Assembly: GCA_033442325.1 (NCBI GenBank)
Contig: JAWQFM010000011.1
Coordinates: 802,096 to 866,095, forward strand
Length of the DNA stretch: 64,000 nt
Source: Salpingoeca rosetta
Taxonomy: Eukaryota > Protista > Choanoflagellata
Direction of reading: 5' to 3'
Under the pieces are notes generated by a model. That model saw nothing but the letters and a program-made list of their open reading frames with translations, was not told the origin of the DNA and made no database searches. Below, one piece after another: positions 1-24,329 of the stretch. The first letter of the stretch is position 1; each line of letters begins with the position of its first letter. The translations under genes and the position numbers were made by a program.

Positions 1-1269
1 GAAGTGGAGAAACTCTCCAAGGACTTGGCAAAGGCGAACAAGGTGCGTTGCATGCATGTGCTTGTGTGTGTGATGTGTGTGCAGGTGTGATGTACGTTTG
101 TGTGTGCATGTACACGTGTGGTCGTGTGCATATTTGTGATGCCTGTTGGGTGTCAGTGCACTTGTGAAAAGCCACTGGAAGTATAGCAAGCGCTGCCTGC
201 CGCGTCGATGCCAGTCAGCTCAACCCAACCTCTTGTGACATTGCACAGGCCATTGCCAAGTCGAAGAAAGCACGGGAAACCAAGGCCATGATCGACCTGC
301 ATCAGGTGCGCAGAGTGCGTTCGAAGAACGTGTGTGTGCATGCGTGCGTGCGTGCGTGCGTGCGTGCATGCGTGCGTGCGTGTGTGTACCATGAGGAAGC
401 AATCGTTGAACTGGGCTCATGCATGTGCAAACTTCGGCATGTATCCACGTGTGTCACGCCAACACTGCTGCTGTCCGCACCACGACATCAAGGCTGAGAA
501 GGAAGAGCTGGAGCTGCAAAACAAAGGCCTGTTGGAGAACCTGGCAGAGGTGGGGCATGCACAACTGCTGTTGACTCGGCTGCCTGCTTTGTTTTGCCTC
601 ATCTCAATGCTCCATGACACAAGTGACAGGATACCAGTCACAGCTCGCGGCTGCACCTTTGCTGTGCACCTTTGCTGTGCACCTTTGCTGTGCACCTTTG
701 CTGTGCACGTTTCACCCCCCTCACCAGCTCCTCCACTCTCTTTCTCTTCTTTCATGTGTATTTACGTGCGTGCGTGTATGCGTGCGTCAGATTTCTGGGC
801 AGAACGAGGCGCTTCAAGCGGAGGTTGACCGGTTGCGTAAGGGCACAGATGGCGATCACCACCACCAGCACCAGCAGGCGGACGGCGCACTGCAGGAGCA
901 GCTCACAGCTGCGCTCAAGCAAGTCGAAGACCTGCGCGCAGACACAGACGCAAAAATCGCAGACCTTCAGGTGTGTGCGTGTGTGCGTGTGCACGTGTGT
1001 GTGTGTGTGCGTGTGCGTGTGTACAGGGTGGGATAACACACCAGAGTGTCTGCATGCCAAAGCGATACTTCATATCAGCCGTGTTCGCCACCACAACCTT
1101 GATTCCATCCACCGTTGATTGTGTCATCTCACCACCATCACCCTCATCATCACCCTCACCATCACCCTCACCATCATCTATGCAGGCGCGCAACACGATG
1201 CTCTCGTCCCAATTGGCGGAGGCGGAGGCAAAGTACCGCGAACTCCTCGAAAGCAAACTGTACGCTCAC

Positions 1270-1344
<75 letters not shown>

Positions 1345-3325
1345 CTGGTTCTGTGTGCCTGTGCCACTCTCCTCTTCATCAATTTATCTCATAGAGGTGG
1401 CCGGCACAATATCACGACACACACGCACACACATACTCCCCGCCAACACACGACACACGCACGACTTGCATTGCAGGGCTGTTGGCTCTGGTGATGGCGG
1501 AGACGGACCGCAGGACAAAAGCGCCGATCAGGACGACAGCAACACAGCGGATGATTCGTCCAGTGATGCCATTCGCGTCAGGTGCGTCTTGCAATTGCGT
1601 GTGTGTTTTTGTGTAGGATGATATCTATGGCGTACAGGGTGTACGACTTTCTGCCGTTGCGCGTTGTCTAGACATACACTCTCATACACACACATACACA
1701 CACACACACACATACACACACACACACACACCCTCTGTTCCCCCCCCCCACACACACAGGGTGCAGCAGCTGGAACAGGTCAACGCCGAGCTGAAGGGAA
1801 TGTGCCAGCGGCAGGAGGACCGTGCAAAGCAGCTGGCAGAGGTGTGCACAGACAAAGAGGGGGCGTGCTGCTTGTGCTGCGTGTGGCGTCAAATTGTGCC
1901 GTGCGGAGGCTTAGGCAGTACACGTGCGGTGACTGTTCTGTCTACAGTACCGTCGTTGTCACACCAGCAGCGCTGTGCTCTCTCCACCGCCATGATCCCT
2001 TACTCACACGATCCACTCTTCTTCCCCTCCCCTCCCCCCCCCTTTCTTGTGCGGTCGCCAGGAGAACAGCGAGCTGCGTGTGTCGTCGCAGCAGCTGCAG
2101 CAGCAGCTTGACACCGCCAACGCCGCTGTCGACGACGCGCGACGACAAATTGACGCGGATAAGGCCGCCCACGCTGCCGAGCTGGACGAGTGCGTTCTTG
2201 CGCTCTTGCAACTCCCAGCCACGCTCGCGATCATGTGTGCATGTGGTGTCGTGCATGTGCATGTTGTGTGTGTGCGTGTGTGTGCGTGTGAGTGCGAGGG
2301 AGGCGTCGTCGCGTTGTTGGTTGTCATTTGTGCTGCGTGTACCGTCTCCTCTCACCACCACCCACTATTCATCCGTTCACATGTTTACGTGCCAGGCTGC
2401 AGCAGAAGTACAGGCGAAAGCAGGCGGCGCTGCAGGAATTGCAGCAAGAGAAGGAGGACATGTACCAACAGCACACGAAGGTCGGGTGGCCCCACCGTCA
2501 CCTTCAACACGGAGTGGAGAGGGTGGTGGCTTTGTGTGTGCGTGTGTGTTTGTTTGTTTGTGTGTGTGTGTTTGTTTGTGTGTGTGTGTGTTTGTTTGTT
2601 TGTTTGTTTGTGTGTGTGTGTGTTTGTTTGTTTGTTTGTTTGTGTGTGTGTGTTTGTTTGTGTTTTTTGTTTGTGTGTGTTTGTGTGTGTTTGTGCTCTG
2701 ATGCGGTCAATGTGCAAGCAACCATTGCAGTCTGCAACTTCTTCTCCTCACCTTGACACGCATCTGTCTCCCGGCCGTTGCCTGTCGTTGCTTCCGAATG
2801 TGCTCAGGAGATGGAGGCGCTGAAGAAGAAGCACGAGAGCGAAGTGGAAGCGCTGCAGTTGAACGCGGACAACGAAACGCAATCCATGAAGAAAATGATG
2901 CAAGAAAAAGAGGAGGAAGCGGCGTCCAAATTGGCGGAGGTGCAGTCCGAATTGGAGCACCTCAAGGAATCCCTCTCATCTCACAAGGTTGGTGGTCACC
3001 CTGTATGAATGCGGTTTGAATGCGTTTTATGTTGTTGATCTGTAGGCTGCTGTGCTGGTGTGCGAGCCAGCTGCTGCAGAAGCGAACGTCATGAAATACA
3101 CGTGCGCACTCTCGCCCTCACACATACTCACACACTCACGCTCACACATGTATACATGTGCACCACGTGCGGCCAGGATGCTGCTGCGGACTTGGATGCG
3201 CGAGCGCGAGAGTTGGAGGAGACGCGGGCAAAACTTGCGACCGCACGCGAGGAAGCGGCAGCAGCACAGGCCGGTCCGTACTGCCGATCATGTCATCGTG
3301 TCGTGTGGTGTTTTGTGTGTGTGTG

Positions 3326-3383
<58 letters not shown>

Positions 3384-3886
3384 CATGTTCTCAAAGCACA
3401 AGTCTGCAGTTGCGTTCATGCGTTCATGTGGCTTTCATGTGTGCGCCTGTGTGTTGCGTTTGTCGTGCGCTGCTCTTCGTTGTTGCGCGCTGACGATCCG
3501 CGTACATGTGTTCATGCACTGCAGAGGCGGAGCGGCTGCGAGAGGAAATCAACGCCGATGACTCCAAGCAGAAAATCGAACAGCTCAACAAGGTAAATGT
3601 CGACGTGCATGTGCACACACACACATACACATACACACACATACAAATACACACACATACAAATACACACGGCTTACATTCGCATGCGTATCTGCTTTGA
3701 TTGCAGGATGTGGAGAAATGGAAGGAGCAGGTGGACGAGTTCAGCAAACAGCAGCAGGAGCAGCTTGCAAAGTAACAGGACGCTGGGCAGTGGTGATGCT
3801 GTGTGATGATGGCCTTGGCTACTGTGGAGATAATCGTGTTCCCCTCTTGCGTCACATGTAGCTCCCATGGTCTGCTCACAACTCCC

Positions 3887-3929
<43 letters not shown>

Positions 3930-4188
3930 CCATTGTCTTGACTTGCAGGCACACGAGGGAGATGGATGCACTGAAGGCGGAACACGAGGAGAAGATGAAA
4001 GCAGTGCAAAAGGAGCGGGACGACGCCCTCCATGCCAACGACCGTCAAGCACACAAGCACCAGCAGGTTCGTTGCAGGCCGGTGTTCGTGTGCACGTGGT
4101 AACGCTGGGGAGCTCTGTGTGTGTGTGTGTGTGTGCGTCATTGTACGCGCTGTACTTGATTCTGTTCACACATGGACAATGACAACCA

Positions 4189-4246
<58 letters not shown>

Positions 4247-5990
4247 ACTGCCAGGAAATTGCGCGGTTGCAAGCGCGCGTGTCCGCTTCGAGCAAAGTGG
4301 AGGAAGAGAAGCAAGAATTGTCTGCACAGCTGAAGGAAGCAGAGGCGAAGGCAGAGGCCCTTGAGGATGAGAAGCAATCCCTCAACACCCAGCGCTCGCA
4401 GCTCTGCGACCGTGGCCTACGCGTCCTATTCCTAGCCGTCGCCGCCATCACACGAACCAAACAGGTGTGTGTGTGTGTGTGTGTGTGTGTCTGTGTGTGT
4501 CTGTGTGTCTGTGTGTGTGTGTGTGCGCATGTGTGTGCGCGTGCATGGGTGTGTGTATGTGTGCGTATGACAGGTGTATGTGCGTATGACAGGTGTGTGT
4601 GTGTGTTGCACTTGCCATCCGTGCCCAATGCTGCGTGTCACCTCCTCATCTTCCCGCCGACTGCCCCCTCCCCGGCGGAAAACAGCGCGCGGCTGTGTCA
4701 AGGGTTGCGTTGGAGGAGAAAGTTGCTGCAGCGGAGAAGAGGGCCGATGAAGCCAAATCCCGCATTGAGCAGAGCGAGCAGTCCATTGCCGCCAAGACAA
4801 AGAAGGAGGCCGCTTTTGTACGTGCAGCGATTTGCTTCGTTTGTGTGTGCATATGTGTTGCGCGATGCAGCGTGCGTGTGTGTGTGTATGTGTATGCATC
4901 TGTGTGTTCTGTGTGTTCTGTGTGTTATGTGTGTGTGTGTGTGCATCTCATGTATGTTACCATGTATGTATTGTTTCCCCCCCTGTTTTGCAGCGACCAT
5001 CAGACATTCATCCTCCATGCATCACCTCACATTCTGCACATGCGTTCGACGACACCTTGTGTTGTGTTGCAATTCCTCCTTCTCCTCGTCTTCCAGATCA
5101 AAGAGCTGCAGAAGCAGCTGAAGCGCGAGCAGCGGCGGGCGGAGAAGGCCGAACGCGAACTCGCAGAGATCAAGCGGCCAGGTGTGTGTTTGGGATGCAC
5201 GTGCATGTACCTTCACACGCGCTCGCGTGTGTTTCTGATGGAAGACCTTCACCAAAGTAGTCAAAGAAGTCAAAGTACTTGCAAATGGCTCACCATCACC
5301 ATCATCATCATGATCATCACCACCACCACCATCATGTATGCGTGTGTACAGGCGACAGATCTGCCTCTCAGATGGGCTCTCCGTCGGTGTCCCGACGAGG
5401 TGCGTACGGGCAACAGCGGTTGCACATTCCGGTGTCAAGTGGATGCGTTGTTGAGTTGGTTGCGGTGAAGCAACGAAAGGACTTGAGAGTGAGCGCATGT
5501 GCATGTGTGCGTGCAAGTGCACATGCCCGTGGATATGACGTCAGCCGCAGCGGCATTGTACGCGTGTGCTCACTCTGTTGTCTCCCCCTCTCGCTTCTAC
5601 GTGTGTACACAGGCCATCATCGTCGTACTTCGTCGTCATCATCGTCACTGATCATGCGGTAGCTGGCCCTATGCAATGGCACACTGCCTCTCGCGCACCG
5701 CCACCACCACTACCACCACAGATACACACACACACACACACACAGATGATGACACCTGCCTCACGATGCCCCACGCAACACGTGCATGGCCGTACACGTG
5801 TGCACAGAGAGGCGCCGTCACTGGATTCCTTGAATGCATCGGACGCGCACTCCGTTCGATCGGTACATTTGCAAACAGCTTTAGTTTTTGCTTGATTTGC
5901 CACTTTGCGAACCGCGCATACACCCTCACTCACACACACGTATGCCTCTGTGTGTGTATGTGTGTGTGTGTGTGTTTCTCCTCCCTCCCT

Positions 5991-6068
<78 letters not shown>

Positions 6069-7156
6069 ATGCACTCAAACTCACACACACACACATACAC
6101 ACAAACACACACACGGAATAACCAGGTTGATTTGCAGATCAGCGAGAGTGAGCACGCGCAGCTGCTGTCGGATATGGTTGCAGTCAAGACCGAGCGGGAG
6201 GAGCTCAACGACAAAGTGAGAGCAGCGCTTGTCCAGCATGCGCAACAATGGCGAAGAATAGGCATACGCATGTGCGCGTGTGTGCGTGCGTGTGTGCGTG
6301 TGTGCGTGCGTGTGTGTGTGCGTATTGTGCGCGCCCTTCCAATACATGTTCTTGTGCGTGTGCATGTGTGCAGGTCCGCTATTTGGAGTCGAAGGTGCGG
6401 GACTTGGAGGGCGAGCTGTGCGCAAAAGCCATGCTCGTGGACCAGGTCATCCAGACCGGATCAACAAGTGCGTGTGTGCGTACATGGGTGTGCGTGTGCG
6501 TGCGTACGTGCGTGTGTGCGTGCATGTGTTGCATGATGCATCTTCCGTGTATGTGCTTCCCACCTTGGATGTTCAGCCACGTGTGCATGACAACCATCTT
6601 GCACCTCTGCATTGTGCTGCGTGCCCAGATTCATCGCCGAGCAAAGGCCACAAGAAGACGGGCGATAAGGCGCAACTACGGTGTGAAGGCAGATTGTGTG
6701 TGTGTGTGTGTTTGCACGTGGGTGTATGTATCCTTGTTCCTGTTGTTCATGTTGTTCATGTTGTTCATGTTGTTCATGTTGTTCATGTTGTTCATGGCGT
6801 GTGAAGAGTGCCAGCTGAATGACTGACCCGTGTGTGTCTTCCCCCACCGTGTCGCCTTCGTGTGCCTGCTTGGTTTACCTGTTAGGGAGAGCAATGACAA
6901 GCTTCGGGTATTGTTGGAGGAGACGCTACTCAAGAACATGCAGCTCGAGCAGGTGCGTGTGTGTGTGTGTGTTGGGGGGGGTTGTTCGCGTGTTTCGTGT
7001 ACTGTTTCGACGTGGCTGCATGCACATGCATGTGTGTTCGCCACTGCGAGTCATTCACACTACAGGCCACTGACAAACACAAACACGCACGCACACACGC
7101 ACGTACGCACGCACGCACAGATGGTGGAAGCGTTAACGCAGCAGGACAAGCAGTAG
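1..7156 (+). CDS. GRIPAP1: GRIP1-associated protein 1 (GRASP-1)-like long coiled-coil protein, >20 exons, 5' end outside window
   Basis: Spliced exons (e.g. 1-42, 249-305, 493-549, 791-970 ... 6885-6952, 7121-7156 TAG) give KDLAKANKAIAKSKKARETKAM...ELELQNKGLLENLAE; FIKELQKQLKREQRRAEK; ISESEHAQLLSDMVAVKTEREELNDKVRYLESKVRDLEGELCAKAMLVD; and C-terminal ESNDKLRVLLEETLLKNMQLEQMVEALTQQ. These match N-terminal, middle and C-terminal blocks of GRIPAP1 as I recall them ([51 protein letters not shown]). Confidence 0.8.
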
Positions 7157-7514
7157 GAGGACAACACCTGTAAACTAGCCAACAGAGGGAGAAGAAGAAC
7201 AAGGGTGTGCATGCACTCGTGCGGGTGTCTGCGTGTATGGTGCAAAGCCCTCACACCCATCGCGCGACAGTGCGACACATAAAAACATATAAGCATGAGT
7301 CATCGCCGGTTTTTGTTGTGTCCGAGCACAGAGACGACGAGAAACAGCTGCTGTCCACACAAACAAACAAACACACACAAGCAAGCCATTCCCCCCGACT
7401 GCTGTCTCGTCTTGCGCGTCAGCCACCCTCCCTTCGTTCTGCCACATACACGCTGAGGGAAGAATCAACTCCACATCATCATCATCATCATCCAACCTCC
7501 CCGCTGCCGCCACC

Positions 7515-12609
<5,095 letters not shown>

Positions 12610-12992
12610 ACACACGCACACGTACATACACATACAGTGGCACAGATGCACGTGTTGCGTGAAGGTGTGACTGCTGCGTCCTTGTGTCCGTGTGAGGTGA
12701 TGTGTTCTGCATTCTGGTGCCACTGAGATAGATGCACAGGCGCGTGCATATCATCTGTTTGTTGTCTTCCTTGAATATTTGTGTGAGGGCTTCTTGCTTT
12801 CGTTCAATGCTTTCCATGCTTGCTTGCTTGCATGTATGCTGTTGTTACACGTTTTGCGAATACAGCGAACAACTGAAGGAATGCACATCTACACCGCAAG
12901 ACGCTTGAACAGGGCTTTGGGGGGAGGGGGGGGGGCAAAGAAGATACAGCCACAAAACACACACGGGGACAACAAGGTGGACACTAGCCCGT

Positions 12993-19247
<6,255 letters not shown>

Positions 19248-19335
19248 TGCCCAGTGCGGTTGTGGACAATTTGTAAATGATGTGTCCAATTTTCCGCAGA
19301 CGCACACACAACAAAGCAGCAGCGCAGAAGAGGAG
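19248..19335. promoter_or_regulatory. Very short divergent (bidirectional) promoter interval between THOC1 and the CHCHD5-like gene
   Basis: Head-to-head ATGs at 19247 (-) and 19336 (+) are separated by only 88 bp. Confidence 0.55.
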
Positions 19336-20256
19336 ATGGATCGATTGTTAGATGCGGTGGAGGCCTCATGCAGGCAGGAGGTGGAAGCCTTCCACAAGTG
19401 CGCAGAGGTGCATGGCAACGACGGCTGCCCTGAACAGAAAGCGGCGCTGCAAAAGTGCAGCGATCAGAGGTACTGTCGCTGCTGCTGTTGCGGATGCTGC
19501 TGCTGTTGCGGATGTGGACGTGCGTGAGTAGGGGTGCTTGCGTGTGGATGTGCTGGTGTCGTGGCCACCACACCATTGTGTGCTTTGGTTGCATCTGCGC
19601 TTTCAACTCACTTCTCGCGCGCGTGTATGTCGCTGCTTTGGCTGTGTTAGCGTGGAGTACATTCGGTCTATTCAGCGGGTATGCAAGCACTCCCTGGCGT
19701 CATTTCAGAAGGTGTGCTGTGGCGTGCGTGGACTACTCCCCTGTCTTTGCTTCTCGTTCATTGCTCGTTGGACGACGCTGGCGTGCGACAATAACACACC
19801 TCACGCGCTGTGCACGTGTATGTGGTCTTTCTTAACATGCAGTGCGTATCAGAACATCCAGAGGATGCGCATATTCGATGCGACGAGAAGGTCAACGTGT
19901 TTTTGACCTGCGCAGAGAGCGTCATGAGGTGCGTGCGTGGTCATGCTGACGCGAGCGTCGCGTCCTTTACCTCTCCTGTTTCAGCGTTGTGCCTGGCGTT
20001 TCCACAAGAAACAAACAGCCTCATTGTTTGTCTCACTGACTGTGTGTGTGTGTGCGCACACGCACAAACAGCCTCATTGTTTGTCTCACTGACTCACTGA
20101 CTGTGTGCGCGCACACACACACAAACACAAACACACTCACAAACACACACTCTTCTATCTCTATCTCTCTCTATCTCTCAACCGCACGACAGCTACTTTG
20201 AGAAGCAAAAGGCGGCAGCACGATCGTCGTCAGGCCAGGACACCACCACCAGTTGA
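19336..20256 (+). CDS. CHCHD5: Mitochondrial intermembrane-space double twin-CX9C protein (CHCHD5/Mix14-like)
   Basis: Exons 19336-19469, 19651-19711, 19843-19928, 20193-20256 splice in phase. Product has four CX9C motifs: C-RQEVEAFHK-C, C-PEQKAALQK-C, C-KHSLASFQK-C, C-DEKVNVFLT-C. Confidence 0.8.
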
Positions 20257-20542
20257 CAAACAACTTGACATGGTTTCTTGTTCATAAGCAAAGTGTAGGC
20301 TCCTCTAATACAAACAGCGACACAAGCAAACCGCAAGCCTTTGTTGCACAGAGAGCAACGACAAGTGGTGCGATGATGTGAAGGTGGAACAAGCAACAGC
20401 GTTCGTGTGCGTGTTGAAGATGGAAGCCACAAACACAACAACAGATGCACGCCCACACACACAGACCAGCATAGTCATCCTTGAATATTGGTGGAAGATG
20501 TTCACCACTTTTCCGGAATCCGTTGCGCGCTTTTGGTGGTTG

Positions 20543-21797
20543 ATGATGACGATGCGGATGCGAGCGGTTGTGGTCGCGGCAGTGGCGGCGATGCTGCTGC
20601 TTGTCGTGGGATGCTGTGATGTGTGCGCTGGTGATGAGTCGCAGCTGTACCCATCAGCAAGTGCTGTCATGGACCTCAACTCCATTTCACAGCTCAACAG
20701 CCTCAGACACGCAAAGAAGCTGACCATCATCGGTGCGTGCGTGGAGTGCATGTGTGTGTATGTATGTGTGCGTGTTCGCACGTGTACACGTGTGCATGCG
20801 TGTGTGTGTGTGTGTGTGCATGGGTACATGGGTGCACATGGGTGTCCTGCCCTTCCAATCCCATATCCAGTCTCACACCCACATCCGCTCCCACTCCCAC
20901 ACCCACATCCACGCCCACACCTACATCCCTGCCCCTCTCCCACTGTACTTGCTCCACTGGTTGCTGACGGCACGTGCATCTGTGCATCGTTTGCTGTTGT
21001 TTCTTCTGCTTACATACGCAGAGATCTACCGCGTGGATTGCGGGTATTGTCAAGCTTTTGCTCCAGAGTATGAAAAGGTGGGCGCATGCATGCAACCATA
21101 CAAACGTGCCGCAGTTCTCGCCCTCCCCCCCCTTATGTTCCTGTACAACCTGCCGATGTCACGCCCCTCAATCACCACCAGCATCTGCTCACCGAATTCT
21201 GTGATGCGTCCTGCGATGCTGTGGTGAATGGGAAAGGTTGCGGAGAAGCTGCGACGCATGGTGAACGTGATGGCCGTGGACGTGCACCGCAACATGGAAG
21301 TGGTGCGGGAGATGGAAAGCCGGTACAACTTCAAGCTGGAGGGCGTGCCGCACATCTTCTTCCTCAAACCGCAGGCCAACGGCAAACCGCCAAAGCGCAT
21401 TGTCTACGACTCTGACCGGAAAGCCAGCACCCTCTCCAAGATTGCTGTCGGCCATATGCCAGGTGCGTGTGTGTGTGTGTGGGTGTGGCTGGGTGTAGGG
21501 GACAGAGGGGCGCACACTAATGTGCGTGTGCGTGTGCATAGGTAGATGCATACCAAACAAATGCTGGTTTAAAGAAGGCTTTTCTCCCTCACCACTTCCA
21601 CACCTGTGCGTGTGTGTGTGTGTGTGTGTGTTGGCGTTGACACGATATTAGACTACAGCCGGTATGTGACCGACATGTCGCTGCACAAGATCATGCGCGA
21701 GGACGACCTCCCTGTTGCCGTTCTGGTCACGTCCAAGAAGACAACACCGCCCATCTGGAAGGCGCTCTCGGCCAAGGTGTGATCACCGTGTGCTGTG

Positions 21798-21880
<83 letters not shown>

Positions 21881-22501
21881 TGTCTATGTGTGTGTGTGTA
21901 TTACGTGTGTGTGTGTGCGTGTGTGTGACGTGTATGTGTGTGTTTTCCTTGTTATTGCATGCTCGCATGTGTATGTCCCTCCGTTCTCCCTTGCTTGCTC
22001 TTTCATCTACTCATCACATCCACCCCCTTTCCATCACCTCACATTCACCTACGTGTGTCGCTCCCGGGCAGTACAAAGGCCGCATGAAGCTTGGTGTCAC
22101 AAACCCAAAGCACAAGGGCGTAACCGACGCCACCGGCGTGGAAAATGCACCCGGCATTGCAGTCCTCCGCAGCAACAAGGTGGACATCCACCCCACACAC
22201 GGCGAGGCGCTCGTGTACGAAGGGCCAATGACGTTCATGGCCATCGACTTCTTCCTCATGGACCACGCCCTCCCGCCCAAGGCAAAGAAGGCGGCGAAGC
22301 AGGGCGACGAGGCAGCGCAGCAGCAGTCAAACGCCAGCAGTGGCAGCAGCAATGGCAGTGGTGGTGATGGTGGTGATGGTGGTGGAAGGCCTGCAAGTGG
22401 CAGCAAAAAGAAGGAGGCCGCTACCATCCCTGACAACCTTGAATCGGTGTGTGTGCGTGTGTGCGCGTGTGTCCGTGTGGCTGTGCCTGTGTCTGTGTCT
22501 G

Positions 22502-22540
<39 letters not shown>

Positions 22541-23497
22541 GTCTTGTTCGTTTTCATGGATGAGCGGTACTCTACATGCACTGACGTCACCCTACTGTTC
22601 ATTCTGCCACAACCTTTGCCCATGTCTCGCCTCCGTGTTGTCACAGCTTCGCGTGTCTGATCTCCGCAAGCTGCTGCAGCAGTTTCACGACCCGTGCAAC
22701 GGGTGGGTTGCTGGTGGCGATTTCGGAGGTGGTTGTGGCGTGAGCGGCGGTGATTTGGTGAAGGTGATCGATGTAGATGATTGGTATCATCGCGCTTTCC
22801 TGCGCGCGCGATTCACCACCAACTGCTTGATCGATCGAGTATTGCATGTATCTCACGCCCCTGTGCACCGTCGCCGTGGTGTCGTCGTGATTTGTTCAGA
22901 TGCATTGAGAAGCAACACATGATTGACCGCCTCGAAGTCCACAAGCAGAAACAGCAGAAGAAGGAGCAGGTCAAACAGGCTGCAGACGACGCACGTGCGC
23001 ACGCAAAGCACTCCATCTGCGCCGTGAGTGGTGTTTATGTTGTGTGTGTGTGTGTGTGTGTGTGCGTGCGTGTGTGTTGTGTGTGTGTGTGTGTGTGTAG
23101 TTTTGTGTTGTGTGCACCTCGCGTTTCTCATTCACATTCCCTTTGTTGTTCCATGTGTCAGTCCAACCACCACTCACAACTCACTCACTCACACACACAC
23201 ACACACACTCTCTCTCTCTCACATACTCACACCACCACGACCACACCTCACCTCGGCAGGAGCAAGTGCGAGCTCTGCGGGAGGAGAATGCTGTGCTGCG
23301 CCGCCACCTTGAAACGCTCCTCAACTCCATGCCCATCGATGGCTGCCCGGAGCCAAAGTGAGCAGCCAATCCCACACAACTTGTGCAGAGGAGGAGAATG
23401 GGGAGTTTGGGGGGGGGAGGCGCACGTTGTCGCTGTTGAGGTGGTGTATTCTGCTGTTAATTGACATGGCTGGCTTTGTCCTGTTCGCTCATGACCG

Positions 23498-23589
<92 letters not shown>

Positions 23590-23822
23590 GCCATGCCACT
23601 TCCTCTGCCAGGCCAACGACGACGATCTTGGAGGAGACGCGCGATTACATCATCGAGGAGGTGCCGGACGAAGATGATGGGCAGCAGCCATCGCACACCC
23701 ACGGCATGGTTGGCGACCAAGGCGGTGACGACGACGATGATGGTGATGATGATGATGATGATGGTGATGGTGAACACGAACCTGCAGCCCCATCTCCCGC
23801 ACGAGACTCTGAGGACCTGTGA
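20543..23822 (+). CDS. ER/secretory thioredoxin (PDI-like) protein: CGYC Trx domain, inactive Trx-like domain, ARMET_C (MANF/CDNF-like) domain, coiled coil, acidic tail ending SEDL
   Basis: Signal peptide MRAVVVAAVAAMLLLVVGCC; EIYRVDCGYCQAFAPEYEKVAEKL...VMAVDV...GVPHIFF; VAVLVTSKKTTPPIWKALSAKYKGRMKLG...YEGPM; LESLRVSDLRKLLQQFHDPCNGCIEKQHMIDRL; KDEL-like C-terminus. Confidence 0.8.
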
Positions 23823-24329
23823 TACTGTCACGTGTGCGTGTGTGCGTGTGTGTGTGTGTGAATGTGAATGTGAATGTGTGTGTGAGTGTGAATGTGAATG
23901 TGTGTGTGTGTGATTGTGGCAGTGCTGTTACGGCTGTGTTGCACTCGTCGACATCACGACTGGCAGCCGGTGCTGGGACGCTGTTCTTCACGATTAAACA
24001 ACACGTAGTTTGGTCCAAGCGATCTTTTTCAACACCAGGGCCTGTCGCCTCCCTTTGTCTCATACTTGTTTTGTTCATGTTTTACGGTGCGTGTATGTAC
24101 TGGGTGCGTGTACTGCGCGCATGAGCGAATGCAACAGAAGCAGTCAAGCAGGGAAACAAAGAGCAGTCGTAACGAGACCAAACAACACAGAAAGCAAGCT
24201 CAAAGGAGAAAGCTGACGCCTCTATCAAGAACAGGGCAGCCACACATGGGCTGAGCAAGGCACCAAGCGACCAGGAACGAGAAAACGGGCCCGCAGTGAC
24301 AGTTGGAAGGAGCTGGAAGGAGTTGTGAC

